DNA from: Podarcis filfolensis
Lineage: Eukaryota
NCBI GenBank assembly: GCA_964270895.1
Contig: OZ185446.1
Reading direction: 5' to 3' (one strand)
Length of the DNA stretch: 64,000 nt
Below the pieces are notes generated by a model. That model was not told the DNA's origin. It saw nothing but the letters and a program-made list of their open reading frames with translations, and ran no database searches. Positions 12,628-25,241 of this stretch are shown in pieces. The translations under genes were made by a program, and so were the position numbers. How positions within the stretch are numbered: the stretch's first letter is position 1; each line of letters opens with the position of its first letter.

Positions 12628-13733
12628 CAGTACTATATACTGATGAAATATAGTTTTTCATCAGTATGTAGTACTGCAGATTTTTAAAATATAGTTAGGA
12701 GTTCCAATTTATTTCACTTTTATCCACAGCAAGCTGCTCCTTAAGGGGCTGCTTTGCTGCTCTTTGGATTCTGTGGTGCTGGCTGATTAGTAGTTGCTTT
12801 TGTAGCCTATGGGAAAGTTCAAAATTAATTTAGCTTGGAACAACTAGCCAGCTCTGTCCCCTGAGGATGGTGATGTAATCATACCCAAGTGCCATGCTGG
12901 CTGCTATCCAAGTTTAGGTACTAAAGCGATTGTTGTGTTGGAGTTCTCTGATTGGTGGCTAACCCTGGACTGCTGCCAATAGAATGAAGCAGTAAAGTGG
13001 GAAATGAAACAATAACAAAATGAAGCAGCCTTTTAAAGGGACTTAAGGTGGACCATTTTAATGAGAATTTGGATGGTCAAAACTTACAAGTGTATTAACT
13101 TATTTTTATTTGCATGGCTATGCTTTCTTTTACTTTCACCTGTGGGTATCAGCTTTAGCTCTGCCAGTCTGAATGCTCGTTCTTCTATAGAAATAAATTA
13201 CTTAGTTGTCCGCATATTAATCATTTTCAGTTTGACATCAGTGAAACTCAAATGCACATTTAACATATATGAAGCTGGTATGCTGAGTTCAGACCACTGC
13301 TTCATCCTACCCAGCACTGTCTACTCTGGCAGTAGCTTTCTAAAGTCTTGTATAACTTCTTCTCCCAACTCATGCCACCCCAGTAACAGTGTCTTTTAAT
13401 TGCGCTTTAGATTCCGAATAACATAATATTTCATTAGATAGTAGAGACTATTTGCTTAAGATACAATAAAAGTATAAACTGATCCAATAAAATATTGAAG
13501 CAGGATTTACTATGAGCTGTGAGTTAGCAACGTGAGCCCAATGCACAATAAAGAAGCAAGTTAATCTAGAGTATACTCATTTCCTAGGTTGATACACTTG
13601 TGTCAGATACCTGAAAACCTGCCAATATGTATTTCTTTATTTTTCCATATAGTTTAAATGTAATTTGTATCTGGTATGTAAACCCATGTTATGTTAATTG
13701 CAATCATTTAACCAAATCTTGTATTCCACACAG

Positions 13734-13879
13734 AGAGAAGTCTCATCAGAGCATAACATCTTGTAGAAGTATAAGCACTCAAACTACTCCTGATGATCAG
13801 GTAGTCAAATTCTGGGATGAACTCAAAATGGTTGGCTTACCAGATGACATTGATGTCCAAGCCTTATTTGAGCCAACAG
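13734..13879 (+). CDS. KMT2C: KMT2C exon 5 (146 nt) EKSHQSITSCRSISTQTTPDDQVVKFWDELKMVGLPDDIDVQALFEPT
   Basis: ccacacag|AGAGAAG...ACAG|gtagtg. Confidence 0.93.
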
Positions 13880-14136
13880 GTAGTGTACTACTAGAATATA
13901 GCTCCATTCAATATATTGTATATTTTACTTATCGTTCAAATTGAATGAAGTTGTTTGTTTGAAAATATCTCCTTCCCTCTCCTTTTAAAAGGAGAAAATA
14001 TAGGGGAAATGTTATTACTACCACTGTAGAAATGCAATCTTTCAGATTCACTGGTAAATGTAATTCCCATTCTATCATAACATCAATAGTGAATTAGCTG
14101 AACAAATACTAAATTATTTCAGTGGGTGTATATTTT

Positions 14137-14200
14137 ATAGAATCATAGGATTGTAGAGTTGGAAGGGTCATCTAGTCCAACCCCCTGCAATGCAGGAATC
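14137..14200 (-). mobile_element. CR1 LINE 3' terminus
   Basis: atagaatcatagga...gtcatctagtccaaccccctgcaatgcagga is the reverse complement of a CR1 end with (ATTCTAT/G)-type tail. Confidence 0.8.
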
Positions 14201-14417
14201 AATGTCTATCTTTAAGTTCTAATGTTCTTTTTTTATTAAAAAAAAACATTCTTTCAGTCTAAGGATAAAATTATATCCTTAAAGAGAGACAGAATACTTA
14301 TTTCCCTACTTTGCTATAAGTGGTTGTGGATCAAACTTAAAGTTATTTGAAAGACCTGGAGTTCTTAACAAATTAAAAATGATAATTTTCTTCTCCAGTC
14401 ATTATGTTGGTTTAGCA

Positions 14418-14672
14418 AATGGGTCAGCAAACTTTTTCAGCAGGGCTGGTCCACTGTCCTTCAGACCTTGGGGCGGGGGGTGGACTGTATTTTGAAAAGG
14501 AAAAAAAAAAGAACAAATTCCTATGCCCCACAAATAATCCAGAGATGCATTTTAAATAAAAGGGCATATTCTACTCATGTGAAAACACACTGATTCCCGG
14601 ACTATCCGCAGGCCAGATTTAGAAGGTGATTGGGCTGGATCCAGCCCCCGGGCCTTAGTTTGCCTACCCATG
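14418..14672. mobile_element. hAT (Charlie-like) MITE
   Basis: 8-bp TSD gtttagca at 14410-14417 and 14673-14680; ends gggtcagcaaac and gtttgcctacccatg; ends 95 nt before exon 6. Confidence 0.85.
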
Positions 14673-14767
14673 GTTTAGCAGATGCTGTCTATACATTTTC
14701 CCTTTTGCTGTTCTGCATCAAAAAACTATAAAACTAATCCATTCATTTGCTGATCATCATATGTTAG

Positions 14768-14877
14768 GTTACTGCTGGGCTCATCACCGCTGTGCGGAAT
14801 GGTCACTTGGAATTTGCCAGACTGAAGAGCATCTACCAGTGAGTGTGGACAAAGCTGTTGTCTCAGGGAGCACAAAA
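14768..14877 (+). CDS. KMT2C: KMT2C exon 6 (110 nt) YCWAHHRCAEWSLGICQTEEHLPVSVDKAVVSGSTK (ePHD)
   Basis: atgttag|GTTAC...ACAAAA|gtgagt. Confidence 0.96.
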
Positions 14878-15764
14878 GTGAGTTCAAAGTAATTAAGATT
14901 CCATCTCTCTTAAATCATTTAAAAGAATCATTCTATTATAAAATGTTACAATTGCAGAAAAAGCATCCCTAATGGAGTATTGATTATTTGATTATTTGAA
15001 AATATGTTTTCCTATTTCTGAATTGTGTCACTTTCAAATATTAATTTGGGTGGTAGATCCAATGAAGAGAGAAGAGGAGTATTGTGTTTGTTCTACTAGC
15101 AAACCCAGCTGTCAAGTTCTTCTGTAGATTAAATATTCAAAAAAAAGCTGGAGTTAGCTGGTGCTTGATTCACTTCTACTGCTGATCTAAATGGCACTAT
15201 TTCTGTTCCCAGTAAATGCAACTATATCACTCCGCTCATATATCAGTATCAAACATGGTTTATTGTCACAAGTATGAGCCTGTGCAAGCCTTGACATCAA
15301 ATGCTTTCTCCTCACCTTTATTCTTCTGGCATGGTCACAGGGAAGAATTTGAAGCTTTTGCTATGATTGTTTTTATTGTTCGTTTTTGTTTTTGAACTCT
15401 AAACTGTGGTTGATCTTAGCTATTGTTTGTTGAAACAAGCCCATTTCATGACCCATGGCTTGAAGCTGGCATGCTTAAGATAAGCCAACATTTGTCAGGT
15501 TTGGATCACATGACAAGCTGCACTTAATCTAAAATCAAAGCAAAATCTTTTGAACCTGTTACAGTTATGCCAGCAGAATGAGTATGCAAGCCCAAGACCC
15601 GTGCAGGCTTTTACCCATGGTTTGTGTTATCCTTCAGATGAAGCCTATGTGTCCCCAGGTTAAACAACCATGTAGTAATTCCCCATATTTCCTCCTATCA
15701 GAGCTTCAAAGAGGCACAACTTCAGGTTGAGTCCTCCAGGTGTTTTCTGCATTTTAAAGTACCC

Positions 15765-16118
15765 ACGCGGGTGGCGCTGTGGGTAAAACCTCAGCACCTA
15801 GGACTTGCCGATTGCATGGTCGGCGGTTCGAATCCCCGCGACGGGGTGCACTCCCGTCGTTCGGTCCCAGCGCCTGCCAACCTAGCAGTTCGAAAGCACC
15901 TCCGGGTGCAAGTAGATAAATAGGGACCGCTTACCAGCGGGAAGGTAAACGGCGTTCCGTGTGCTGTGCTGGCTCGCCAGATGCAGCTTGTCACGCTGGC
16001 CATGTGACCCGGAAGTGTCTGCAGACAGCGCTGGCTCCCTGCCTATAGAGTGAGATGAGCGCACAACCCTAGAGTCTGTCAAGACTGGCCCGTACGGGCA
16101 GGGGTACCTTTACCTTTA
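15765..16118 (+). mobile_element. Near full-length Sauria SINE (Squam1)
   Basis: A-box TGGCGCTGTGG, B-box GGTTCGAATCC (15825-15835), body gcctgccaacctagcagttcgaaagc, (ACCTTT) tail; flanking repeat tttaaagtaccca at 15753-15765 and 16115-16127. Confidence 0.92.
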
Positions 16119-16437
16119 AAGTACCCAGAGATTTTGATCTAGCAGATTCACTGGCTTGAAACATTGTGTTTGCATTGTAAATTGCATTGAAACATTGTAT
16201 TTGGTTTTCAGTAAGTGTGAATTGTGAATTGTGAAGTGTGAATGATTTTACCAAAATAACCCTTTTTTAAGTTGGAGCAAAGAAGGCTATAGTGAGATAT
16301 GATGAAGATTTTCTAGGGTAAATAAGGAAAAATATCTTTATGAACAAATTTTAAATTATTTGTGTATACCGTGCCTTCACAATTATACTGATAGGAAGAG
16401 TATAATAAGGCTTGTTTGTGAATCATTTTTTGAGATG

Positions 16438-16651
16438 CAGTGGAACCTTGAGTTGCAGACGTAATCTGTCCCGGAGGCACGCCTGCAACTCAAAGCGTTC
16501 ACACCCAGAAGTTCTTTTCTGCGTGATTTAGTGCTTCTGCGCATGTGCGAGCGGTGAAACCCGGAAGTAACCGTACCGGTACTTCCGGGTTGCCGCATGA
16601 CGCAACTTGAAAAGACGTAACTTGAAGCAGATGCAACATGAGGTATGACTG
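16438..16651. mobile_element. Tc1/mariner MITE (related to 7961-8172)
   Basis: CAGTGGAACCT...AGGTATGACTG|TA; internal inverted ccggaagta/tacttccgg. Confidence 0.85.
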
Positions 16652-17229
16652 TATTGGAAACACTTTTTCACAAGTTGTTCTATTTTCTGACTCTAGACAT
16701 TCCCCTTCTTCCAAAAACATCCCAATTGGTTGGAATTTTACTGTGGTTTGGAGTCTTACTGTTCTGATGACACTATTGTGGATTTTATATGTGTACGGAT
16801 ATCTGTACTTAAAGGTTTTTGATAAGTAGTAAAAGTAGTGCATAGGTTGTTTGAACTTGGCTAATTTTTCATATATTATTTATTTATTTTCATGGTAAGC
16901 CATGAAAGCTTAACCCTAAATATCATATGGCAAGAACATTTCTGTTCTATTTGGAAGGTTTCCCCCGTCATTGTCATTGGTTGGAATCCAAAGTGATAGC
17001 ATTAATCAGGGTCTGATAGGAGATTTGGGTGCTCCTCTGTTTTTGGGACCACTGATTCTGATTGGTGAAGGAACCTGTATGCTCACAGCTGATGCTGTTC
17101 CTCTCAACAAATGTTACTGGAGTGGTGTAGGGCTTGGGGTGGGGCTTGACTATTTGTGGAAGAATGGAAGCCCTTTGGGGAATATGTGAAAAACATCCTA
17201 ATCAGATGAAATCACAAGCAGGATTTGAA

Positions 17230-17442
17230 ACATGAGTAGAGAAAGAAAAATTACAATATTTGAAATAAAAGAATATGTTTTAGGTGGAATGTCTGTTAGA
17301 ATGTGGTATGTAGATGGGATGGGATTCAGAACAGCATGGAAGAAAAGGCGGGAAGTCAAAGTTTAAAGTGAAATGTAAAACAAACTTGAAAGCTGGAATT
17401 TAAAGATTATAAAGTTTGATATTAAAAAAAGTTTAATAAAAA
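17230..17442 (+). mobile_element. Probable L1-type 3'UTR remnant
   Basis: A-rich sense strand, gggaagtcaa motif as in the 6217 element, terminal aataaa; no clear TSD. Confidence 0.4.
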
Positions 17443-19224
17443 TCAGGTTCCATGCTCTAGTAAAGTATGAGTTGAGGAATATAGTCCTACTTCAAAAAGA
17501 CATATTGTTTAGTAGTTAACATGCTATGCTTTTTTTATCTAGTTGAATAGCCAGAGTAGTTCACTATAGTAATTTCCTTCAGAGTAAAATGATTGGCCAA
17601 CCCACAGTGCTCTGCTCTAGGAAAGTTTATGATAACTAAAGATATTGCTGTTTTCCGTTTAGTGTTAAAATGTTAATGAATAGTGTGTGTTTTCCCTCTG
17701 AGCCAGTCTGTTAAACTACTTCTGAGACTGGTAAGGTCCTTTACTTCTATGCTTTTTATCAACTGATGCCAATAATTTAGCACATGGCCTGTTCTTTGAA
17801 AATGCTTGGTGAAACATCATGAACATACAGTAAATGAGACTTAATAAGAAAAATGGCATTTCATTTAGTTTAATTAGTTTAGTTTTTAGAGAAAGTCTCA
17901 GAAAGTCAGTAAGGATTGCTTATCCTATTACTTACTCTGGAGTAGTTCCATTGAGAATGCATTGACAGCACTAGCCATCTGTTTAGTGCTGCATGTACAG
18001 ACCCAATGCATCACTGGGAATTCAACACAGCATTATTCTGCACATAGAGGTTCCATTTCAATAGGTATCCCGATAGCTCTATTGCTGAAAGATGTCTGTC
18101 ATTGTCATCATCTTCATCATCCATTTTTTGTAACATACCTACTTTTCATTCTACAAATTCAGTTGAATATTAAAAACACAAATCTTGCACATTAACAGCT
18201 GTTCACAGTTGCTACTGCTCATTCAGATATGCTTGAACAATGAAGTACCATTGTAGATTCATTGCCCTGACAGGCGTGCCATTGTAGTCTACAAAATATT
18301 TTTAGTTATTCCAGGTTGAATTCAAGCCATGTACTTGCTTGCTTGTTTTACAGGTGCTAGCAGTATGGGGTCATTTCATTCTAAGATATTTTGGCATTGT
18401 CCACCAATAAGAAAAAATAGCTTTATTTCCTCCACTGAAGTGGTGCTTCTGATTTCTTAGTAAAGTGCCAAGAGAATGTCCTGTAGGAAATATTCTGTGT
18501 GAATGCACTCTTGGCAATGAAGTAGGAAAGCAGAGGCAGTCTTGTAAGAGTTTTCACTTGCTTTTCTTAACTTCAGTACTATGGAAAAGCGCCCTTTCTT
18601 GAACTCTACATTTTGTATGTCAGGGTACTAGAATGAAGGAAGAGAGGTTGTTGCTACAAAGAAATTTCAAAGAAAGTTTGATGCTGAATAAGATCAGAAG
18701 TACAATGAAAGCTTGGAAGCTTAAATGCTTTGGAAAAAGACAGAATAGACAAGGGCATCCAGAGAGAAACTGACAGAGAAACCACAAAAATACAAATAAA
18801 AAAGCTTGAAAGACTCCATCAGAGATGCATAAAAGGACTTATGTTCCTGAAGGAATTTCCACTGTACGCTTCCTTTATGCACTAGCACTTAGCAAAGCTG
18901 TTTTCTGTGTGTACCCTGAATTAACATATTATCATTGAGTTTAAAGCATTTTTATTTCTTCTTGCATAAATTGAGTAGGAAGCACTTAAAAAAATAATAA
19001 TGGCCAAAATAAAGTACTACTTTTTCTTTTCTTTTCAGACGCTTCCTTTAAAATTGCTAGAGGTCACGGCCCTGAAATAGGGGATTGAGATTGCGCTTCC
19101 TCACCTGGCTTTTAGTTTGTTTACTTTTCAGCACAGGTGTTGCATGTATCTACCAATTTTCTTTTAAGCAAGCCCGAGATATGCTTCTGAATACCATTTG
19201 TTGAAAACTACAGGAGGGGAGTAT

Positions 19225-19335
19225 GCACTTGTGCTCTCTTGTTTCCCACAAGCATCTGATTGGCCACTGTGAGAACAGAATGCTGGGCAAGATGGGTCAT
19301 TGGCCAGATCCAGCTGGCTGCTATTATGCTCTTAC
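19225..19335 (+). mobile_element. CR1/SINE-type 3' tail remnant
   Basis: gcatctgattggccactgtgagaacagaatgctgggcaagatggg...gatccagc...cttatg-like end. Confidence 0.6.
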
Positions 19336-22329
19336 GATGCTATTTGGATGTGATTTTGTGATAAATTTTGGTGGTGAATTTGGACTGGAGTGCTGGTTCA
19401 CTCAGAAGTTAATTGATTTGAGCATCTTTGGTGGATTTTTAGTTCATTTAAGGATTAGTATGCTACTTTTCAATGTTGTAGTGATGACTTACGGGTACAT
19501 TTCAACAGGAGTGTTAGGAGTTTTTGACACAATCTACTTAGGTTGTAAATATTTGGTGACCATATGTGACTTGAATATAGAAGACATGTAATATGGCTTC
19601 TAGAATATGTTCTTTTAATATTTACATTTATTATGTCTTCTGTGCTCCCTGATATTGTTCAGTGATGCATTTAAGAAAATGTTCTTTTGTTGTATTCCAA
19701 ATGGGAATCAACAGCTGGGAAAACTGATTATTAATGATAAGCATTAAAACTAGCTGTGCATGAAGTTGTGCTGTATGCACAAATAAATACTGAGAAACTA
19801 ATTTTATCTTAACTACTTATAGTTACAAACAGTTCTTAATGTTATAACAATAGGAGATTTGTAAGTATTTGTAAGTAGGCAGTGTGTCACTTCTCAATCA
19901 GTAGTGAACAATTGAAGGAAATAGGTTCAAAGAATAATTCCAGCACCTTATAGATTTATATAGGAGGAAAGGATATATAGGTGTGGTGTTGTGAAGTGAT
20001 TTGAGTATAATATGAGAGATGAGTTTTTAAAAACCCACCTTCACTGAACTGAGCAACCATAGATAAGCTTTATTATTCTACTTTGGTACTACCTCTTCTG
20101 TATAATATTGGTGCAGTCAAAGTTGTCTGTATTACAGGGTTGTTTCAAGCATGGGACGGCTTTTGAATGCATAGGAAAAGCCCTATATAAATACTGACCC
20201 ATAACTATAATAATGAAGAGGAAGGTGTAGTATGGTAAGGGAATTGCACATAAACCTGCACTGTATATTTCTGATTGTTCATAAACGGCTTCCAGTAGCT
20301 TCTGTGTGTTGATTTGCCTTTCAAAGGCATTGAGTCACAAATGGTATATAGGTAGCATTGTTCCAGTATAGAGGTAACTGGCATGGTATCCTCCGATGTT
20401 TTGATCTACAGCTCCCATCGTTCCTGATGATTCACGTGAAGCTGGGGCTGATGGGATTTGTAGTCCAAAAATCTTGTGGGCATCATATTGGCTACCCTGT
20501 TTGAGTAAGATAAACCTGGGAATCTGCACCCCCTTGCGTCTCAGTGAATCTGCACCCATATTCATGTATATTGTTTTGTTTTTCTACATACATTCAATAG
20601 TGGCATCCAATAGAAGCCTACACAAAGAACACACACCTTTCTCTTTTTTTAGTTACAGCAGCATTCACTGGAGATTTGTGAGCACTGAACAGTTCTTCTA
20701 TATGCTTGGAACTCATGTCATGCGAGCAAATCAGTTACTGAGTTGTTAGAATATTAAAAGGCACTTATTAAGTGGGTTGTGGTAAGAGATGCATTTTTAT
20801 AACTTTAAGAAAAATAATTGGTTGGAGTGGATTCATGCATCTATTACATCAGACTGCCTTGGCATCTTGGAAATGTTTGCTCCCTGTCAGATCTGGACTC
20901 CTATGATGGATACGTTTTCTGGAAAAGGTCGGCCATGGCAGCAGTGTTCACTCATCTGAAAAACAAAAAGGTCAAAGTACTTGGGTGGCAGGTAAAGTAA
21001 AGCTAGAAGGCGGGCGTTGAATACTAGTATAAGGGCCTCATAATCAGAGTCTCTTAATTTTATTTGGACCTGTTCCGTGCATTAACATTGGCAGTTCATT
21101 TATTTTGTCCGCTGCAAAAATGTCAACCTTATTAAGCACTATGTGGTTATTTGGGATTCTATCCACTTCATTTCACTTTTTTAATTGGACAAAATCAAGG
21201 TTGTGGTATTACTACCTCCTTTCATCACAGGTCCTAGCATTAAATTGCTGACCACTGCTGAAGTATCTGGAATCTGACATATGCCTAAAATAATTAAGCA
21301 GCATAGCCTTTCGAAAATAGAAGGCAAGTGGTTTTGTTTTGCTCACATCATTGTTAACCACTAGAAATTAATTGAACCTACCTTATCTTGGTTATTTTAT
21401 GTTAAACTGTATTAATTGCTAATTGCTACTACAAAGTGGCAATCATTTTTAATACAATCATACAATATTTTTCATAGATTTAAAAAATACCAAATAACAC
21501 GCATAACAAAAAATGTCACACTTATTATCTATCTATATTTATTTATTTATTATTTATTTTCATTATAGTTGGTTCTATTCTTTCAAGCAAAAATCCTGGT
21601 TAAATCAACACAGGCATATCTAACATAATAAGCTTTCCATGTTCTTGATTCATAATGTATTGCACAGCCAAAAGAAAGAAGGGGGATGCCTTAAAAATTT
21701 GGGGGAACGGATGTTGTGCTGTGCCCATGTTGTTGGTTTCAGTGCTGACTACACCTCTCAGTAGTTTCTAGTATTATACGATATGAGATTCTTCTGAAAT
21801 CACCAGTAAAGGGTAGGTCTTGGGGACACTGTGCTCCAGTGGTTCTTTTCTGCCTAGTGATTCCAGAAGGTTTTGCAAGGGAACCTCTGCCTGGCCCATA
21901 GCATTTGTGCACTGGGGTTCTGCAAGATTCCATATCCCATGCTATCTAATGCTGAAAGATGTGCTAGGGAAAAAATGTAGACAATGCCCAGCTCTGCTTA
22001 CCTAAACCAGGTAAAGTAGTGAAAGTTCTGAACAGGTGCCTTGACTCAGTAATGGGCTGGCCAAGAGCCAGTAACTTGAAGCTAGACCAGATGAGAACTA
22101 TGTTGGTGGGTTGCAAAAAACATTGTATTAATTAATACTTAGCCCGTTTCTATAGGATTTGACCCTTCCAGAAAGATCAGGTCTGCAGTTTGGGTGTGCT
22201 TTTTAGATCCAAATCTGCACTTGCATGTTCAAGTGGCATCTGTAGCCTAAAAGCACTTTCATTGGTTAGCTAGCAGGAGCTCTTCTGAATTAACTTGATC
22301 TTGCCATGATTACTCTGCTTTGATAACAT

Positions 22330-23700
22330 CAAGGTTTATTGATAATAATTTTTATTTTTCAATTACAATCCAGTAATAGCCTCATTATAACAATACCAAT
22401 TTATAATACAATTATTAATACCAATCGTTCAAATACTGAATTTTATAATTTCAATAAAGTGGGCCCCCCACGTGCCAGATTTAATGAATTGATTATTTGG
22501 TTAATTTCTGCATTCCAAAATCTTATTGATTTCCATTCCATTTCAGTCATAATAATAATCCCTTCTACAACAACTACAATATTAATAACTTCTATTTGTG
22601 TTGACACATTTAATCATTTCTAAAGGTACAAGTGAGGAACTCAAACTATATCCTTGTTCTTCCTGTGTGTGGCAATTATTCTGTCCATGGTGTTTCTTCT
22701 TGTCCTTGTAAGATGTTATATCTCTCATTCCCCTGGTTGTTGCTGTTATCCATCATGCCTTGGGCGGAGCTGATATCCCATTGTTCCAGAAATTTCTCCA
22801 TCGCTCCATCCCATGCTTAATTGTTTTGCAACTTTAACATTAGCTGCAAAAGTCACTCTGTCCCAATAAATAACCTGTTTTCACCATTTTTCCTCTCAGT
22901 CTGGGAAGAAGAGCGGTCTGTCGAACTGCAGATGACTCAATAAAGAACCTTATCAGTTCCTTGGCAGTTAACAGACTCCTTTCATCCTTCCTTCCAACTG
23001 AAGATATATGAACAATTATACTTCCAATTAAATTAAATTCCAAGTCCTCTTAGCGTTATTGAGTTCGCTCCATAAATAATAAAGGATGGGGAAGAGTCAG
23101 CTCTAAGTTTCCATTGTAAACCTTTTGCAAAATAGAGCTTACCTCCCCTTTTCCTTTTTTTACACCCATGGTTCCAGTTGATGTTATATTCCATATTTAT
23201 AATCCAATTTCTTCCATCCTTGCTTGTACAAATATAATTTGAACTAACATTCAGAGGAGGGTCGCCAAATCATAAATGTAGAGAAGAAAACTTTAAATAA
23301 AGAAATCAGAGGCTGCCCTCCCCCCACCGTCTTTTGCACTGAATGAAGTCTTATCTCAAGTTCAAACCTTAAAGTCCTTGAAGTTGATTTTGTTCTGCGG
23401 TTTGTGATCACATCTCTTCTAGCACGTTCCTGTACCTTAGTCCAGTTAAGCTCTAATTAACAGGAGAACCTCTGCTTCTTAATGGCGGTGTTGGAGGCTT
23501 TTCGGCAGGCGAAGTGCTTTTGCACTCAGCGCCTCCCTGCCCCCTGCATTCCCCGCCAGAGCAAGTGCCAGGTACCGGGATGAAAGGGAAGTGAAGCCCA
23601 TTCCCCATCCCACCCCAATCCCTGGGGGGAATTTGCAAGGATAATTACCTCCAATCATCCTTGTTTTTCCTTCGCCAACAATCTCCTGCTATTGTGGGGT
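22330..23700 (-). mobile_element. Degenerate LINE-like (possibly L1 5' region) block
   Basis: Strong T/C skew on + strand and a CpG-containing GC-rich segment at ~23470-23640; no convincing protein motif found by eye. Confidence 0.3.
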
Positions 23701-23757
23701 CTGTCTCTATTAAGGCAAAGCAGAACCGGAAGCCGATTACATCAAAGTTTAAAGTAC

Positions 23758-23995
23758 TGCAGTCTTATGTCCAGGACTGCCTCTGAAGACTGTCCAGAAA
23801 TTTTCCACTCGTACAGAACATAGCCACCAGGTCATTATGTAGGGCTCTTAGGTCTGAGTATATCTCTCCAGTGTTTAAGGACTTGCACTACCTGCCAGTT
23901 TGTCCCTAGGCACAATTCAAACAGCTGTTTTTAACCTTTAAAGCCAGCCACGGACTAGGGTATGTTAAGGACTGCCTGTTCCTATACAACTCTGC

Positions 23996-24028
<33 letters not shown>

Positions 24029-24280
24029 CGCTCATGTGCTGTTCCATCTGCTTACACTTTTTGCTGCTAAGTTAGGTAGCCAGGCAGGCAGACCCTTTTC
24101 TGGGATTGCAACTAGACTGTGAAATCACCTCCCCAGTTTCATTTGGCAGCCACTCACTGTATTATTTAGGTGCCAGTTAAAAAAGAAAACCTTTTATTTA
24201 CCAAGGCCTTTGGCAGCATTTGAAATTATCTCTCCCTCTGTGGATTTTGGTATTTTCTACAATTTTATAGTTTTGTTCAT
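23758..24280 (+). mobile_element. Degenerate L2 RT C-terminal region and 3' end
   Basis: Broken translation resembles GLPLKTVQK...SPVLKDLHYLPV...FKQLFLTFKA...YVKDCLFLY, a typical L2 ORF2 tail; interrupted by a microsatellite. Confidence 0.7.
23993..24031. repeat. (TG)n(CG)n compound microsatellite
   Basis: 39 nt of uninterrupted purine-pyrimidine alternation ending in (CG)5C. Confidence 0.95.
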
Positions 24281-25241
24281 TCTGTTTCAGTTACACTGTG
24301 GAGCTTTAGCACACACACACCCCACCCCCCTTCAGGCACACTAGGTGCTTTATGTTTAGTCAGAAAAGTGAGATAAAGCTGTATTGGGACAATATGCGAG
24401 CTTGCGGATCTTGATGTATTTAATCAGTGTAACTTTCTTAAAAACACATCTTTGTGAATATGCTTCAAAAGTTCCAATATTCCCCATACCTTTTAAATGC
24501 AATTGTATGATACTGGGGGGCAGAAGTGGGAGAGAGTGCAAATGACCTTCTTGCTATAATGGGCAATGATTATTGGGGTAGAATGGGTCTTCCATATGGT
24601 AGCTTTAATAGTACTTAAATTAAGAGCAATGGAAACATTACAGATATAAGCCCTTAAAAAATTACCAGCTATAATTTCTACCAATTGAACATTATGTGTT
24701 ATGAAATAAATGATTTTTAGTTTGGAATGCAAAGTTAAATGAATGCAAAATTAAGAAACAGATGGTGAAGAATTATTATGGTTTGTTTTACTCCTGGGTG
24801 AGGGCATCGTGTGTGGTTGTAAAAATGTCATTACACTTCAGAAACCAGGAAGCAAATAGAATTTGCAGTTGTGCACATCTGTTTTGGGACATAGTTAAAG
24901 GATTGAAGAATCAATGTTTTCAAATATTTATCAAAACTATACAATTTACTCAACAGTTAATTGCTTCAGCTAAGAATCATGCTTAATGTACTGTGGAATT
25001 CAGTACAGAAAGTTGGCAAATGTGTTTAGTCCCCCCAGGAAATGCTGAATAAGGCTAGTCTTAATACATGTTGAAAGCTCATGCAGCAATTAAGTTATTT
25101 AAATTTTTAAGTTGTAAAATAAAGAAATGGAAAATAATTGAAAAATAATAGAGAGTGTGGAAAGAAGTCCCAGTGTGTCCTCTCCTTCTTTATCCATTTG
25201 TAGATCTAAAATATAACAAAATGCTTGAGAAAAATAATGTA

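Noticed and set aside
12861-12895. CTGAGGA followed by a short stem, hammerhead-like
   Set aside because: CAAG replaces the required GAAA and no stem I closes
15772-15840. tRNA gene (A and B boxes)
   Set aside because: No cloverleaf; continues directly into Sauria SINE body and tail with a TSD
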